Shown here: positions 10,581 to 19,726 of the stretch, in pieces
Layout of the letters: every line of letters starts with the position of its first letter
Position numbering within the stretch: the stretch's first letter is position 1
Origin: an uncultured Sphingomonas sp.
Lineage (GTDB): Bacteria; Pseudomonadota; Alphaproteobacteria; Sphingomonadales; Sphingomonadaceae
Length of the DNA: 64,000 nucleotides
Assembly (NCBI GenBank): GCA_963521395.1
Contig: CAUQTY010000005.1
Location: forward strand, 115,354-179,353
Reading direction: 5' to 3'
Position numbers and translations under genes: made by a program
Notes under the pieces: generated by a model
What the model was told of the DNA's origin: nothing
What the model saw: the letters and a program-made list of their open reading frames with translations, nothing else
Database searches by the model: none

Positions 10581-10744
10581 GCGCTGGGCTGAGCCTCTTG
10601 ATTGCTGCTTCTAATCAGCCGCGGCTTGCGGCCGCGCCGCAGATGCAGGGTCGCCTCAGTCGAAACGAGGCGGAGCTCGCCAATGCTGGACTGGTCGAAC
10701 TCAGCGGCCAAGCTTTCGAGCGATGAAGAGGGAAACTTGTTCAT
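10577..10744 (-). CDS. 55-aa protein resembling the N-terminal oligomerisation segment of BCCP (below the ORF-track cutoff)
   Basis: My translation: MNKFPSSSLESLAAEFDQSSIGELRLVSTEATLHLRRGRKPRLIRSSNQEAQPSA*; its TGA overlaps the accC ATG (ATGA); resembles the start of the BCCP at 21995-22501 (FPDDLQLLAEQFLASGWTELRV). Confidence 0.65.
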   Translation of the reverse strand: MNKFPSSSLESLAAEFDQSSIGELRLVSTEATLHLRRGRKPRLIRSSNQEAQPSA

Positions 10745-10753
10745 TGTCAGGGC

Positions 10754-10783
10754 AGCGGCGCTGCTCGTCCAAGCAGCGCCGCT
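10754..10783 (-). terminator. GC-rich hairpin after the TonB-dependent receptor (terminator, attenuator or mRNA stabiliser)
   Basis: AGCGGCGCTGCT / AGCAGCGCCGCT, 12-bp perfect stem; no U-tract. Confidence 0.45.
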
Positions 10784-10790
10784 CTTCTCC

Positions 10791-13361
10791 TTAGTAGCGA
10801 TAGCTCAGTGACACGCCGTAGGTGGCTGGCTTGCCGCGGTATCGGATGATCGTGTCGAGGAAGGTCGAGACAGCCGTCGTATAGCCCTTGTCCGCAACGT
10901 TTTGTCCGTAGACCATCAGGCGCCAGCGATCATCGGCGCTCTTGAGGCCGGCTCGCAGATCCAGAGTTGAGTAGCTTTCAATTTCGAAGTCATCGGCTGG
11001 CAGCGCAGAATTAGTGAAGGTCGTGTTCTGCTTGCCCTGATACACCAAAGTGGCGCCGACGAAGGCTCCGAAGCTAGTGGACACAGGCACTTCATACTGT
11101 CCGTCCAGCGCAGCACTAAATTTCGGCGTGTAAGGCAGCGCGGAACCACGGAAATTGCCGGTGTAACCGGAGGCATTGTAGACAAGGTTTCCGTCCGGCG
11201 TTGCTGAATAGTCGCCGGTGACCTTGGATTTCAGGTACGTGGCGCTAGCCGACAGGTTAAGGCCTTCGATCGGGCGTACGGTCAGTTCGCCTTCCACACC
11301 GTAGATGTACGACTTGGGTACGTTCAGCAGTTTCTCGAGGAGGCCGAAGACAGTGTCCTGAATTCGCCCGCGAACCTGCTTGTCCTTGTAGTCGTAATAG
11401 AAGGCTGCACCGTTCAGCTGGATGGCGCGGTTCGCCAGTGGCGCCTTGAAGCCGGCTTCGTACGCCAAGACCTTCTCCTGCGTCGCAGGGGTGTATTGCA
11501 GTACGCGCGATGCACCGATCGCCGAGAAGATGCCGGCCTTATAACCCTGACTCACGGTGCCGTAGAGCAGCAGCCCATTCTCGAATTTGTAGTTGGCGCC
11601 GACCCGGAACGACACATTATCTTCGCTGAGGCTATCGTTAACCGGGGTCAGCGTCGATTTAGCGGTTCCGAGCAGGAGGTCGCCCGTGGTCGGGAAGCAC
11701 TGACCCGGCTGGATGGAAATTGGAACGCTGTTGAGCGCCGCCCCGAACAAAGTCGCTGCACCCTGAAGAGGGTCAATGGCCGGATCGTTGTAACAATAAG
11801 ACGCATTCTGCTTGTTCTTGGTATAGCGAAGGCCACCCTGCAGCGTGAGGCGGTCGATCACCTCGAACTCGACATTGCCGAAGACGCCGTAGCTCCGCAT
11901 CCGCGAAGTGAAGTTGTTAAGAGTGAGAGTGATCAGGTCGGCGTTGGCCGAATAATCGCCGAGATAGAACAAGTTGTTCTGCTCGGTCCTGACATTGTCA
12001 TAGGCCACCCCGATAAGGGCGTCGATCCGATCGGCATTGTAGGAAAGGCGCACTTCCTGGTTGAAGGACCGCACATTACCGTCCAGCGGAACGTCGACAA
12101 CCCGCGCTGTCGTTCCGTCAAGATCCTGGCCATAGGCAAGCTCCTTGCGGGCAAGTGCAGTCACAGATGTCAGCGTCAACGCTTCGGTCAGGTCGTAATC
12201 GGCCCGCGCGGTGCCCTGATAGTAATTGTTGTCCGACTTACCGATTAGACCAGGAGTCCACTCGGCATCACGCGAATTGTTGCTTACCGGCGTTCCAAGC
12301 AGCGCCTGAGCGCCTGCTCGAACACTGGCATTGGTGCTGGTCAGGCGACCAACGACTACCGACTGCCGGCCCACGAAGCTGGCGTCGTATCCAGCCGATG
12401 TCGGGTTCGTGAGCGAAGCGTAACGCGCCGCATCGACGATGCCGAAGGGATTGCCTGAGGCGGAGAGCTGCGCCTGCGTCCCATAAATGTTGAGCAGCGT
12501 TCGGACATACTGCGGAGCCAGGGGGTCAGAACGATCGCGCACGGCCGTTCCGCTAAGCTGGATTTGTAGCGCATCGGTGGGCTGCAGGTTGACTGTCAGT
12601 CGGCCCATCAGCTTGCGCGTCGAACCATTCTCGTCATCCGGCCGCGACAGGCTGCGCTGCCATGCGCCGCCGTTGATCGCCTTGACTGCAAGACGCGCCT
12701 GGATTCCTTCGGTCAGCGGTCCGCTTATGTAACCGCTCGCTTCCACGCGGTCGAAGCGCTCATAGGATGCACCGAAGCCGTAACGCAGGGTACGTGTGGG
12801 CTTGCCGAAGATGTAGTTGACGGCGCCGCCCGTGGCACTTTGACCGAAGATGGTGCCCTGAGGGCCCTTCAGCACTTCGACCCGTTCGACGTCGAGGTCG
12901 AGCGCATCGGACATGGTGGGAACGTTGCGCGGCACTTCGTCGCCGTAAACGGCAACAGACGGCGCTGCTCCAAATGTCGCGTCGTAGAGGCCGATGCCGC
13001 GAAGGGTGAACACCGGCGTCGAGTAGAGTGACTGCGTGAAGGTGAAGCCCGGAACCAGCTTCGACAAATCCTCAGGTCCCGCGATACCGCGATTCGAGAG
13101 ATCCTGGCCGGTCGCGGCAGAAATGGTTAGGCCAACGTTGTTGATCGCCTGAATGCGCTTGTTCGCGGTGACAACGATCTCGCCACTAGTAGTGGCGGCC
13201 GCAGCCTCGGCTTGTTCGGCCGGTTTGTTCTGGAGAGCCGCGACCGCTTCGGCGCTTTGCTGGCCTTCGGGCGGAGCGGAGGTTCCCGGAGTTTGAGCAA
13301 AAGCGGGCGTGCCAATCAGCGCGAGAACTGAGCTGCAGGCCAAAAAGGACCAGGTCTTCAT
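10791..13361 (-). CDS. TonB-dependent receptor
   Basis: Signal peptide; EIVVTANKR TonB box; VERVEVLKGPQGTIFG plug motif; C-terminal YGVSLSYRY. Confidence 0.95.
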   Translation of the reverse strand: MKTWSFLACSSVLALIGTPAFAQTPGTSAPPEGQQSAEAVAALQNKPAEQAEAAAATTSGEIVVTANKRIQAINNVGLTISAATGQDLSNRGIAGPEDLSKLVPGFTFTQSLYSTPVFTLRGIGLYDATFGAAPSVAVYGDEVPRNVPTMSDALDLDVERVEVLKGPQGTIFGQSATGGAVNYIFGKPTRTLRYGFGASYERFDRVEASGYISGPLTEGIQARLAVKAINGGAWQRSLSRPDDENGSTRKLMGRLTVNLQPTDALQIQLSGTAVRDRSDPLAPQYVRTLLNIYGTQAQLSASGNPFGIVDAARYASLTNPTSAGYDASFVGRQSVVVGRLTSTNASVRAGAQALLGTPVSNNSRDAEWTPGLIGKSDNNYYQGTARADYDLTEALTLTSVTALARKELAYGQDLDGTTARVVDVPLDGNVRSFNQEVRLSYNADRIDALIGVAYDNVRTEQNNLFYLGDYSANADLITLTLNNFTSRMRSYGVFGNVEFEVIDRLTLQGGLRYTKNKQNASYCYNDPAIDPLQGAATLFGAALNSVPISIQPGQCFPTTGDLLLGTAKSTLTPVNDSLSEDNVSFRVGANYKFENGLLLYGTVSQGYKAGIFSAIGASRVLQYTPATQEKVLAYEAGFKAPLANRAIQLNGAAFYYDYKDKQVRGRIQDTVFGLLEKLLNVPKSYIYGVEGELTVRPIEGLNLSASATYLKSKVTGDYSATPDGNLVYNASGYTGNFRGSALPYTPKFSAALDGQYEVPVSTSFGAFVGATLVYQGKQNTTFTNSALPADDFEIESYSTLDLRAGLKSADDRWRLMVYGQNVADKGYTTAVSTFLDTIIRYRGKPATYGVSLSYRY

Positions 13362-13464
13362 CCTATTCTCCTCCGGCCCCCTGGGCCATTCCGGTCTTCC
13401 GGGAAGTAAACAATTCCCAATCTGACCACTCCCCCGTGCCGGCCTTGAGCCGGACCGGCCAAAA

Positions 13465-14211
13465 TCATCCGGCGATCATTCCTCCGTCGACGACGTGCTC
13501 GGCACCCGAGACGAAGGACGCTTCATCGGAAGCAAGAAAAAGTACGAGATTGGCGACCTCCTGCGGCTGCGCCATTCGGCCCAGCGGAATCGCCTCGGCT
13601 GCGCCGCCGCCATTCTCGTCGGTGGCGGCGATCATCATCGGCGTAAGGATGTAGCCGGGGTGCACTGAGTTGCAGCGAATGCCCTGCCGGCCATATTGCG
13701 CGGCGATCAGCTTGCTCATTCCGCGTACCGCCCATTTGCTGGCGCAATAAGCGGCATTCGACGACTCTTTGGTGCCGAGCATGCCGGCGATCGACGAGAT
13801 GTTGATGATCGACCCACCGCCAGCCCGGATCATGGAGGGGATCACCGCCTTCATACCCAGGAACACGCCAGTCTGGTTGATGGCGCAAACGGCCTCGAAA
13901 TCTTCCTGGGAGAAGTCGAGCAGACCCTGAACCGGTCCGATCACACCGGCATTGTTGACCAGCACATTGACCTCGCCGAAGCGGTCAGTCGCCTGCTCGA
14001 GGACATCTTCCCAGTCGCTGGCCTTCGCGACGTCGTGCCGAGCGAAATGCGCGTCCGGGCCAAGCTCTTCCGCAATGTCGCGACCGCGCCGCTCGTTGAC
14101 GTCGGTGAGCACGACTTTGGCACCTTCGCGCACGAAGGTACGTGCGTGGGCCTCCCCCATACCCTGGGAAGCGCCCGTTACGACGGCAATCTTCCCAGAG
14201 AGACGGGGCAT
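13465..14211 (-). CDS. SDR NAD-dependent secondary alcohol dehydrogenase
   Basis: TGASQGMG; LVNNAG; YCASK; NSVHPG. Confidence 0.93.
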   Translation of the reverse strand: MPRLSGKIAVVTGASQGMGEAHARTFVREGAKVVLTDVNERRGRDIAEELGPDAHFARHDVAKASDWEDVLEQATDRFGEVNVLVNNAGVIGPVQGLLDFSQEDFEAVCAINQTGVFLGMKAVIPSMIRAGGGSIINISSIAGMLGTKESSNAAYCASKWAVRGMSKLIAAQYGRQGIRCNSVHPGYILTPMMIAATDENGGGAAEAIPLGRMAQPQEVANLVLFLASDEASFVSGAEHVVDGGMIAG

Positions 14212-14213
14212 GC

Positions 14214-15302
14214 TTAGGCAGCCTCGCTTTGCGCCGGTTGGCTGAGCCGGGGCGCAACCTCATTTGCGAGGAGGTCCATGCTGCGCTCCCAGCCGGCCGG
14301 ATCATCGATGTAATCGTGGCTGTAGATCAGCAGCGTTCCGAATGGACCGCCAAGATCGTCGAACCAGGCTTCCATCTTCTGCGTGACGGTGTCCGGAGAA
14401 CCGACGATCCAGACATGCTCCGCGAGATATTCGGCGTCTACGTCTGCGGGATCCACATTGGGGTCGTGCAGCAGCCCCTTGAGCACGCCGAACCGCTCGT
14501 ACGTTGGCTTAATATACTCCTTCCACGCGCGGCCGATGCCACCCTCGATCGCCAGCTTGCGGGCTTCAGCATCGGTGTCGGCTACGATGACGTCGCGAAC
14601 GACGCGGTGCATTGAGCGATCCGAAGCGCGGCCCGCATTTGTCATGTTTTCCTTGTAGGTCTGAAAATGACTGCGAAGGAACTCGTTGCCGGCATAGACC
14701 GACGCCGGAATGAAACCGTGCGTGCCGGCGAAGCCAATGGAAGGCGACGGGGCCGAGAGGCCAGTCATCGCCATCTGCATCTCGCCATTCCAGGGGCGCG
14801 TGTCACGAAGAGGCTTCTTGCCATCCTGTACGGGATAACCAGCGTTCCAGAACTCGCCCTGGTGCTCGAAGGGCTCGGCCCTCCAGACCTTCTGCATGAT
14901 GTCGATCGATTCGAGCATCATCGCATGGTTCTTCGACATGTCGGTGATGCCACGCACTGCCGCGTCCGTCGGGTAAGCGCCTGTCGCGACGCCCAGCATG
15001 TAGCGGCCTTCAAGGATCTGGCTGAGCCAGGCGGTTTGCAACGCCAGCGTGCCCGGGTGATGATAGGGCAGCAGGTGCGCCAGCGGTCCGAAGTGGATGC
15101 GGCTGGTTTGCGCCGCGGCGGCGGCAATCACCAGCTCCGGGCTGGGGATGCCCTCCCAGTTAAGCGTGCCATGCTCACCGACCCAATATTCCGAGAAACC
15201 GACCCGGTCGGCGACGACCGCCTGCTTCACCGCCCAGTCGAACACCTGCTTGGGGGTGCGCTCCGGGCGGACGAACGGGGTCTGGAACATGCCAACTTGC
15301 AT
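14214..15302 (-). CDS. LLM-family FMN-dependent monooxygenase, 2,5-diketocamphane monooxygenase-like type II Baeyer-Villiger monooxygenase
   Basis: GEHGTLNWEGIPSPEL and AHLLPYHHPGTLALQTAWLSQILEGRY match my recollection of P. putida 2,5-DKCMO (GEHSTLAWENIPCPEI; AHLLPYHNPATLAIQIGWLSQILEGRY); similar length. Confidence 0.85.
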   Translation of the reverse strand: MQVGMFQTPFVRPERTPKQVFDWAVKQAVVADRVGFSEYWVGEHGTLNWEGIPSPELVIAAAAAQTSRIHFGPLAHLLPYHHPGTLALQTAWLSQILEGRYMLGVATGAYPTDAAVRGITDMSKNHAMMLESIDIMQKVWRAEPFEHQGEFWNAGYPVQDGKKPLRDTRPWNGEMQMAMTGLSAPSPSIGFAGTHGFIPASVYAGNEFLRSHFQTYKENMTNAGRASDRSMHRVVRDVIVADTDAEARKLAIEGGIGRAWKEYIKPTYERFGVLKGLLHDPNVDPADVDAEYLAEHVWIVGSPDTVTQKMEAWFDDLGGPFGTLLIYSHDYIDDPAGWERSMDLLANEVAPRLSQPAQSEAA

Positions 15303-15338
15303 TGTCTTCTACCTCTTGTTGGTGGCGGTGATCCGGCG

Positions 15339-15728
15339 TCAGCCGTGGTCTTTCCATTCCACGAGGATGTCATTGTCGTCGAAGCGCATCACGCTGCAAA
15401 ACTTCAGGCGGAATTTCTCGCCAGCCGCGCCGAAACCGGGCAGATCGACGGCTGCGGTTCCGCCGTACCAGGCTTCGCGAACCACGATGTTGCCCGAGGT
15501 AGTGACCCGCTCCACCGGCTCGAACTGTCGATCGGGCACATAGCTGCTGGCAAAGCCGCGCAGTACTTCAAGAAGCGCATCTCGGCTGTTCAGCACGAAG
15601 TTGCGATTGAAGTGCGCGAAGTCGATATCCGGCGCGATCATCGATTCCAGAGCGTCGAAATCCTTGGCGTTGTAGGCCTGGATGAGCCGCTCGGCCGCTG
15701 CAGCAGGGTCAGCCACGAGCATAACCAT
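15339..15728 (-). CDS. NTF2/SnoaL-like protein
   Basis: AYNAKDFDALESMIAPDI...GEKFRLKFCSVMRFDDNDILVEWKDH; exact start uncertain. Confidence 0.8.
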   Translation of the reverse strand: MVMLVADPAAAAERLIQAYNAKDFDALESMIAPDIDFAHFNRNFVLNSRDALLEVLRGFASSYVPDRQFEPVERVTTSGNIVVREAWYGGTAAVDLPGFGAAGEKFRLKFCSVMRFDDNDILVEWKDHG

Positions 15729-15870
15729 CGGAGCATTTCGTCGTAAGAACGTTCGGGTCTTGCCCGTCGATCCTGACCATCAGCCATCTCCTCCGTCGCT
15801 TCAGCCGCGCGCAAACAGGCGGCCACCGACAATCGAAGGGGTATGACAAGTCCAACTCACCGTCAACAAG

Positions 15871-15893
15871 TTTTCCGACGTGTTTTCGGAAAA
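15871..15893. promoter_or_regulatory. Putative TetR operator, perfect palindromic arms
   Basis: TTTTCCGA-CGTGTTT-TCGGAAAA in the divergent snoaL/tetR gap; a weaker copy at 15997-16015. Confidence 0.75.
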
Positions 15894-16046
15894 TGGCGCA
15901 ACGAGGCTAATAGGCACCAGTGCGTCATGGACCGGGAGAGCCGTTTGGTGTAGGACCGAAGGGAAGCGGACGCTGATTTCTGCAGGTTTAGCGTTGACGA
16001 ACGGTTTTCGGGAAAGCGAGCTGTTGCTCGCGATGATATCGGCAAG

Positions 16047-16754
16047 GTGAGCAGAGTGGATATTGCAACGGGCACGCCGACCGCTCCGATGGTAAATACC
16101 GACGATCCGTTTGATGTTCTGCTGGCTGAGATTTTAGAGCGATCGTCGCGCGACAGCGGTCGCAAGCAGGTGCGCAGTCGGCGAACGGAGCAGCAGATCC
16201 TCAACGCTGCGCTGCGTGTCTTCGCGCGTGATGGAATCTCACGTTCCCGTATAGCCGATATCGCCGCCGAAGCGGGGATCTCGACTTCGACCCTGTACGA
16301 ATATTACGCCAGCAAGGAGGATCTCGCCTATGAGGTGCCGTCCTTCCATCTGGCGACATTCTTTGCGCAGTATCGCGACGCCGTGGTTCCACGATCGTCG
16401 GCGCGGGAACGGCTGATGCTCTATCTATCCATGTCGTCGGACTTCGCGCGCGAGCATGCCGACTGGGCGCGGCTACTCTACCTCGAGATCTGGCCGAGCG
16501 TTTTCGTGGGCACTACCGACGTCCGCCACAGCGTCGATGATTTCGCGCGCGTCGTCATCTTCCTGATCAAGCAGGGCGCCAAGGAAGGCCTCTGGAGCGA
16601 TCGGCACGATCCTTACCAAACGGCCTCGATCCTTCTTGGGGGCGTCAACCAGACCATTATCACCTGGCTGCTGTATCGCCGGCCGAAGAATTTGACCAAG
16701 GCCGGTACTGAGATAGCCGAACGAGTGCTCGCCATGATCGAGCGCGAGCGCTGA
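16047..16754 (+). CDS. TetR/AcrR family regulator
   Basis: ILNAALRVFARDG..IADIAAEAGISTSTLYEYYASKEDL HTH; start could be 16047 (GTG) or 16089 (ATG). Confidence 0.92.
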   Translation: MSRVDIATGTPTAPMVNTDDPFDVLLAEILERSSRDSGRKQVRSRRTEQQILNAALRVFARDGISRSRIADIAAEAGISTSTLYEYYASKEDLAYEVPSFHLATFFAQYRDAVVPRSSARERLMLYLSMSSDFAREHADWARLLYLEIWPSVFVGTTDVRHSVDDFARVVIFLIKQGAKEGLWSDRHDPYQTASILLGGVNQTIITWLLYRRPKNLTKAGTEIAERVLAMIERER

Positions 16755-16755
16755 T

Positions 16756-17556
16756 TTATCGGTCCTGGAAGCGCGCTTCTCGCCCATCCAGGAACGCGGC
16801 GACGCCCTCCTCCGCATCCACGCTGCCGGTGAGTTCCGCGGACAATGCCTGGGCATCAAGGTAAGCCTCTGTCCAGCTGCGGCCTTCCAGTCCGACGCTC
16901 GCCCGCTTTCGGGCCCGCAAGGCCGGCAGACTTTGCACGGCGATTTCGCGAGCCAAGCCGATTGCGCGTGGCATGACCTCGGTGCGAGGCAGGACGTAGT
17001 TAAAGAACCCGGTGGGTGCGAGCTCGGCGCCGGTGAAGCGCCGTCCGGTGAACAGCATCTCCCTGGCCTTGGCCTCCGGCATGTTCAGCGTCCGGAATAT
17101 GCCCCCGCCTCCAGCGACCAAGCTGTAGCGGATCTCGGGGCAGGAGAAGTGTGCATCTTCGGCCGCGATCCGCATGTCGCACAGCGCCGCAAGGATGACG
17201 CCGATCCCAACCGCTGGAGCTGTGATGGCAGCGACCACGGGGCGGTCGAGGCGCTCGAACGCCGGCAGGATCGCGTTGATCCGGGCATAGCGCGCCTTGC
17301 GGGCGGCCTGATCGATGCCAACGAAGTCGTTCAGGTCCGCGCCCCCGCACCACGCCTTTGCCCCTTCCGGCACCGCAAGTATCACCACGCGGATCGTGAG
17401 GTCAGCCGCAACATGCTCCGTCAGGGCCTGCAGATCTTCGTAGACGGAATAAGAGACAGCATTCACCGGTGGCCGCCAGAAGGTGCAGATAGCGACGCCA
17501 TCGTCCTCGACATCCAGAGTGAACACGCCGAACGAGCGCACTCCGCAAGCCGTCAT
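16756..17556 (-). CDS. Enoyl-CoA hydratase/isomerase family protein
   Basis: RPPVNA; WCGGADL; AVGIG..LAALCD; CPEI. Confidence 0.9.
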   Translation of the reverse strand: MTACGVRSFGVFTLDVEDDGVAICTFWRPPVNAVSYSVYEDLQALTEHVAADLTIRVVILAVPEGAKAWCGGADLNDFVGIDQAARKARYARINAILPAFERLDRPVVAAITAPAVGIGVILAALCDMRIAAEDAHFSCPEIRYSLVAGGGGIFRTLNMPEAKAREMLFTGRRFTGAELAPTGFFNYVLPRTEVMPRAIGLAREIAVQSLPALRARKRASVGLEGRSWTEAYLDAQALSAELTGSVDAEEGVAAFLDGREARFQDR

Positions 17557-17566
17557 CGCTTAAGGC

Positions 17567-18802
17567 TCAAACGTCCCACACCAGATCGAAGGGCTTCACC
17601 GCGCCGACAATCCCATTGACATGTTCGATGTGCTCACCGGGCGCGAGCCTGAAGTCGGGGATGCGGGCGCACCATTCGCGAATCATCACCTGCAGCTCGG
17701 TGCGAGCGATAAAGGCCCCGGGACAGGTGTGATTGCCGCGGCCGAAAACTGAATGGATGCGGTTGCGGCGATCCAGATCGACGCTGGTCATCTCTTCGCC
17801 GAAGGTCGGATCGAGCGCCGATGCCGCCGTCGGCGCCATCACCATCTCGCCAGGCAGTAGCTGCACACCATCGACTTCGATCGCCTGCCGGACCTCGCGC
17901 GAGGACGACACCAGCGGAAAGCGACGGAGCAGCTCCCAAACGGCATCACCGATCCGATCCGGTTGGGCGGCCACCCGGTCGCGCAGCTCGGTGTCTTGAG
18001 CCAGGTAGGACATGGCGAAGGCCATGGCGTTCACCACCGTGTCGAGTCCGCCGACCAGGACCTGGATGCAGGTATCCGCCGCCTCGTCATCGCTGAGCGA
18101 GCGGCCTTCGACCTGGCCGTTGATGAGCTTGCTGATGAGATCAGTGCCCTGCCCGCCACGCCGCTGGGCGATAACCGGAGTGATATACTCCTTGAAGAGC
18201 TGCTTGACCTCCGGATAGCTGAGCGAGCCATCCGGCCGGGTGAACTGGTCCGCGAGATGCTTGAGCTTGGGGAGGTCGGCGATCGGTAGATCGACCAGTC
18301 CCATGAAGATCCTGACCGGCAGCTGCTCGGCGAAGTCATGCACGAAATTGCAGCGTCCGCGCGGGCGAAAGCCTTCGATCAGCTCGACCGTCAAGTCTGT
18401 GACCCGCTGTTCCAGCGCGCTTAGCGCCTTGGGTGACATGTTGTCGTTCAGAAGCTTACGGAATGGGCGGTGTTCCGGCGGGTCAAGCGAGAGGGGAATG
18501 AGCTTGTATGCTTCGCCCGCCGTGTCCTTGGGGACGAGCACGATGCGGCTCGAGAAGCGGTCGGATTCCGCGAGGACCTCATTCGAGAGGTCGGCAGAAA
18601 GAGCAATCCAGTGACCGCCATTGTGCGGTGTCCACATCAGCTTGTGCGGCGCGGAAGTCATGATCGACCGCCACTCATCGTGAAGATCCTGGCCGTCGGG
18701 GAGCGGGCGATAGATGTCGAAGTCCAGCACCCGGTCGGAGGGCACATTGGCGGGACGACTTGCCAGATGATCGGCCGGGATCTCGGTCAGGGCAACTTCC
18801 AC
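17567..18802 (-). CDS. Cytochrome P450, CYP101 family (CYP101J-like)
   Basis: WTPHNGGHW; AGEAYKLIPLSLDPPEH; VGGLDTV I-helix; ELLR; FGRGNHTCPG heme Cys; closely resembles recalled sphingomonad cineole-hydroxylating CYP101J enzymes. Confidence 0.92.
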   Translation of the reverse strand: MEVALTEIPADHLASRPANVPSDRVLDFDIYRPLPDGQDLHDEWRSIMTSAPHKLMWTPHNGGHWIALSADLSNEVLAESDRFSSRIVLVPKDTAGEAYKLIPLSLDPPEHRPFRKLLNDNMSPKALSALEQRVTDLTVELIEGFRPRGRCNFVHDFAEQLPVRIFMGLVDLPIADLPKLKHLADQFTRPDGSLSYPEVKQLFKEYITPVIAQRRGGQGTDLISKLINGQVEGRSLSDDEAADTCIQVLVGGLDTVVNAMAFAMSYLAQDTELRDRVAAQPDRIGDAVWELLRRFPLVSSSREVRQAIEVDGVQLLPGEMVMAPTAASALDPTFGEEMTSVDLDRRNRIHSVFGRGNHTCPGAFIARTELQVMIREWCARIPDFRLAPGEHIEHVNGIVGAVKPFDLVWDV

Positions 18803-18869
18803 GGGGCGACTCCTCCTACGCGAACCAAAGCGTCAACTCTTTGGTGACGAGCCTAACACACATCTGACT

Positions 18870-18970
18870 TCCGAAAAGACATTTTGTCGGTTTAGTAGCG
18901 CGGTTTGTCGCTGGACAGCCTAAGCAGACGAGTGCAGTCTCCTCACCAAACCCGAATTTTTGTCAGGAGT
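18870..18970. promoter_or_regulatory. Divergent P450/SDR promoter region with operator-like sites
   Basis: AAGA-CATTTTG-TCGGTTT (18876) and CCGA-ATTTTTG-TCAGGA (18952). Confidence 0.5.
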
Positions 18971-18976
18971 GAGAAG

Positions 18977-19726
18977 ATGGGTCGACTAAGTGGCAAGGTG
19001 GCGATCATCACTGGTGCGGCTCAGGGCATGGGCGAAGCCCATACTCGTGCCTTCGTGCGTGAAGGAGCCAAGGTGCTGATTACCGACGTCAACGCCGCCG
19101 CCTGCGAAGCACTGGCCAGCGAGCTTGGCGGGGCTGCCCGGGCGCAGGCACTCGATGTCACCGACGAGAATAGCTGGAATGCGGCAGTCGCCGCCGCTGA
19201 AGAAGCGTTCGGACCGGTCAACGCCCTTGTCAACAATGCAGGCATTCTCGGTCCTGGTGCCCAGGCCGTTGATCTGTCTCGGGCCGACTTCGACAAGGTC
19301 TGCGCGGTCAATCAGACGGCTGTCTTCCTCGGCATCAAGGCGGTGATCCCGTCAATGCTGAAGGCAGGCGGCGGGTCGATCGTCAACGTGTCGTCCATCT
19401 CCGGCATCGTCGCGATCTACGGCACGCCAAATGTCGCTTATGCCGCCAGCAAGTTCGCCGTGCGCGGCATCACCAAGCAGGTTGCGATCGAATATGGCGG
19501 GCACAACATCCGCTGCAATTCGGTCCACCCGGGCTACATACGCACCCCGATGATGACGGCAGCGCTCGACGACGAGCAGATCAAGATTGCGAGCGGTTCC
19601 GTGCCGATCAAGCGGGTCGGCGAGCCCGAAGACGTATCCAACCTGTGCGTGTTCCTGGCCTCGGACGAGTCTGGCTTCGTCACCGGTGCCGAGCACATCA
19701 TCGATGGCGGCCTGACCGCCCTCTAG
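18977..19726 (+). CDS. SDR NAD-dependent alcohol dehydrogenase, paralog of 13465-14211
   Basis: AGGAG RBS then MGRLSGKVAIITGAAQGMG; YAASK; NSVHPG. Confidence 0.93.
   Translation: MGRLSGKVAIITGAAQGMGEAHTRAFVREGAKVLITDVNAAACEALASELGGAARAQALDVTDENSWNAAVAAAEEAFGPVNALVNNAGILGPGAQAVDLSRADFDKVCAVNQTAVFLGIKAVIPSMLKAGGGSIVNVSSISGIVAIYGTPNVAYAASKFAVRGITKQVAIEYGGHNIRCNSVHPGYIRTPMMTAALDDEQIKIASGSVPIKRVGEPEDVSNLCVFLASDESGFVTGAEHIIDGGLTAL

Noticed and set aside
15709..15790. Possible 23-aa leader ORF (MVRIDGQDPNVLTTKCSDGYARG) with a strong RBS upstream of the SnoaL gene
   Set aside because: Cannot be distinguished from chance or from a mis-called SnoaL start; no supporting motif
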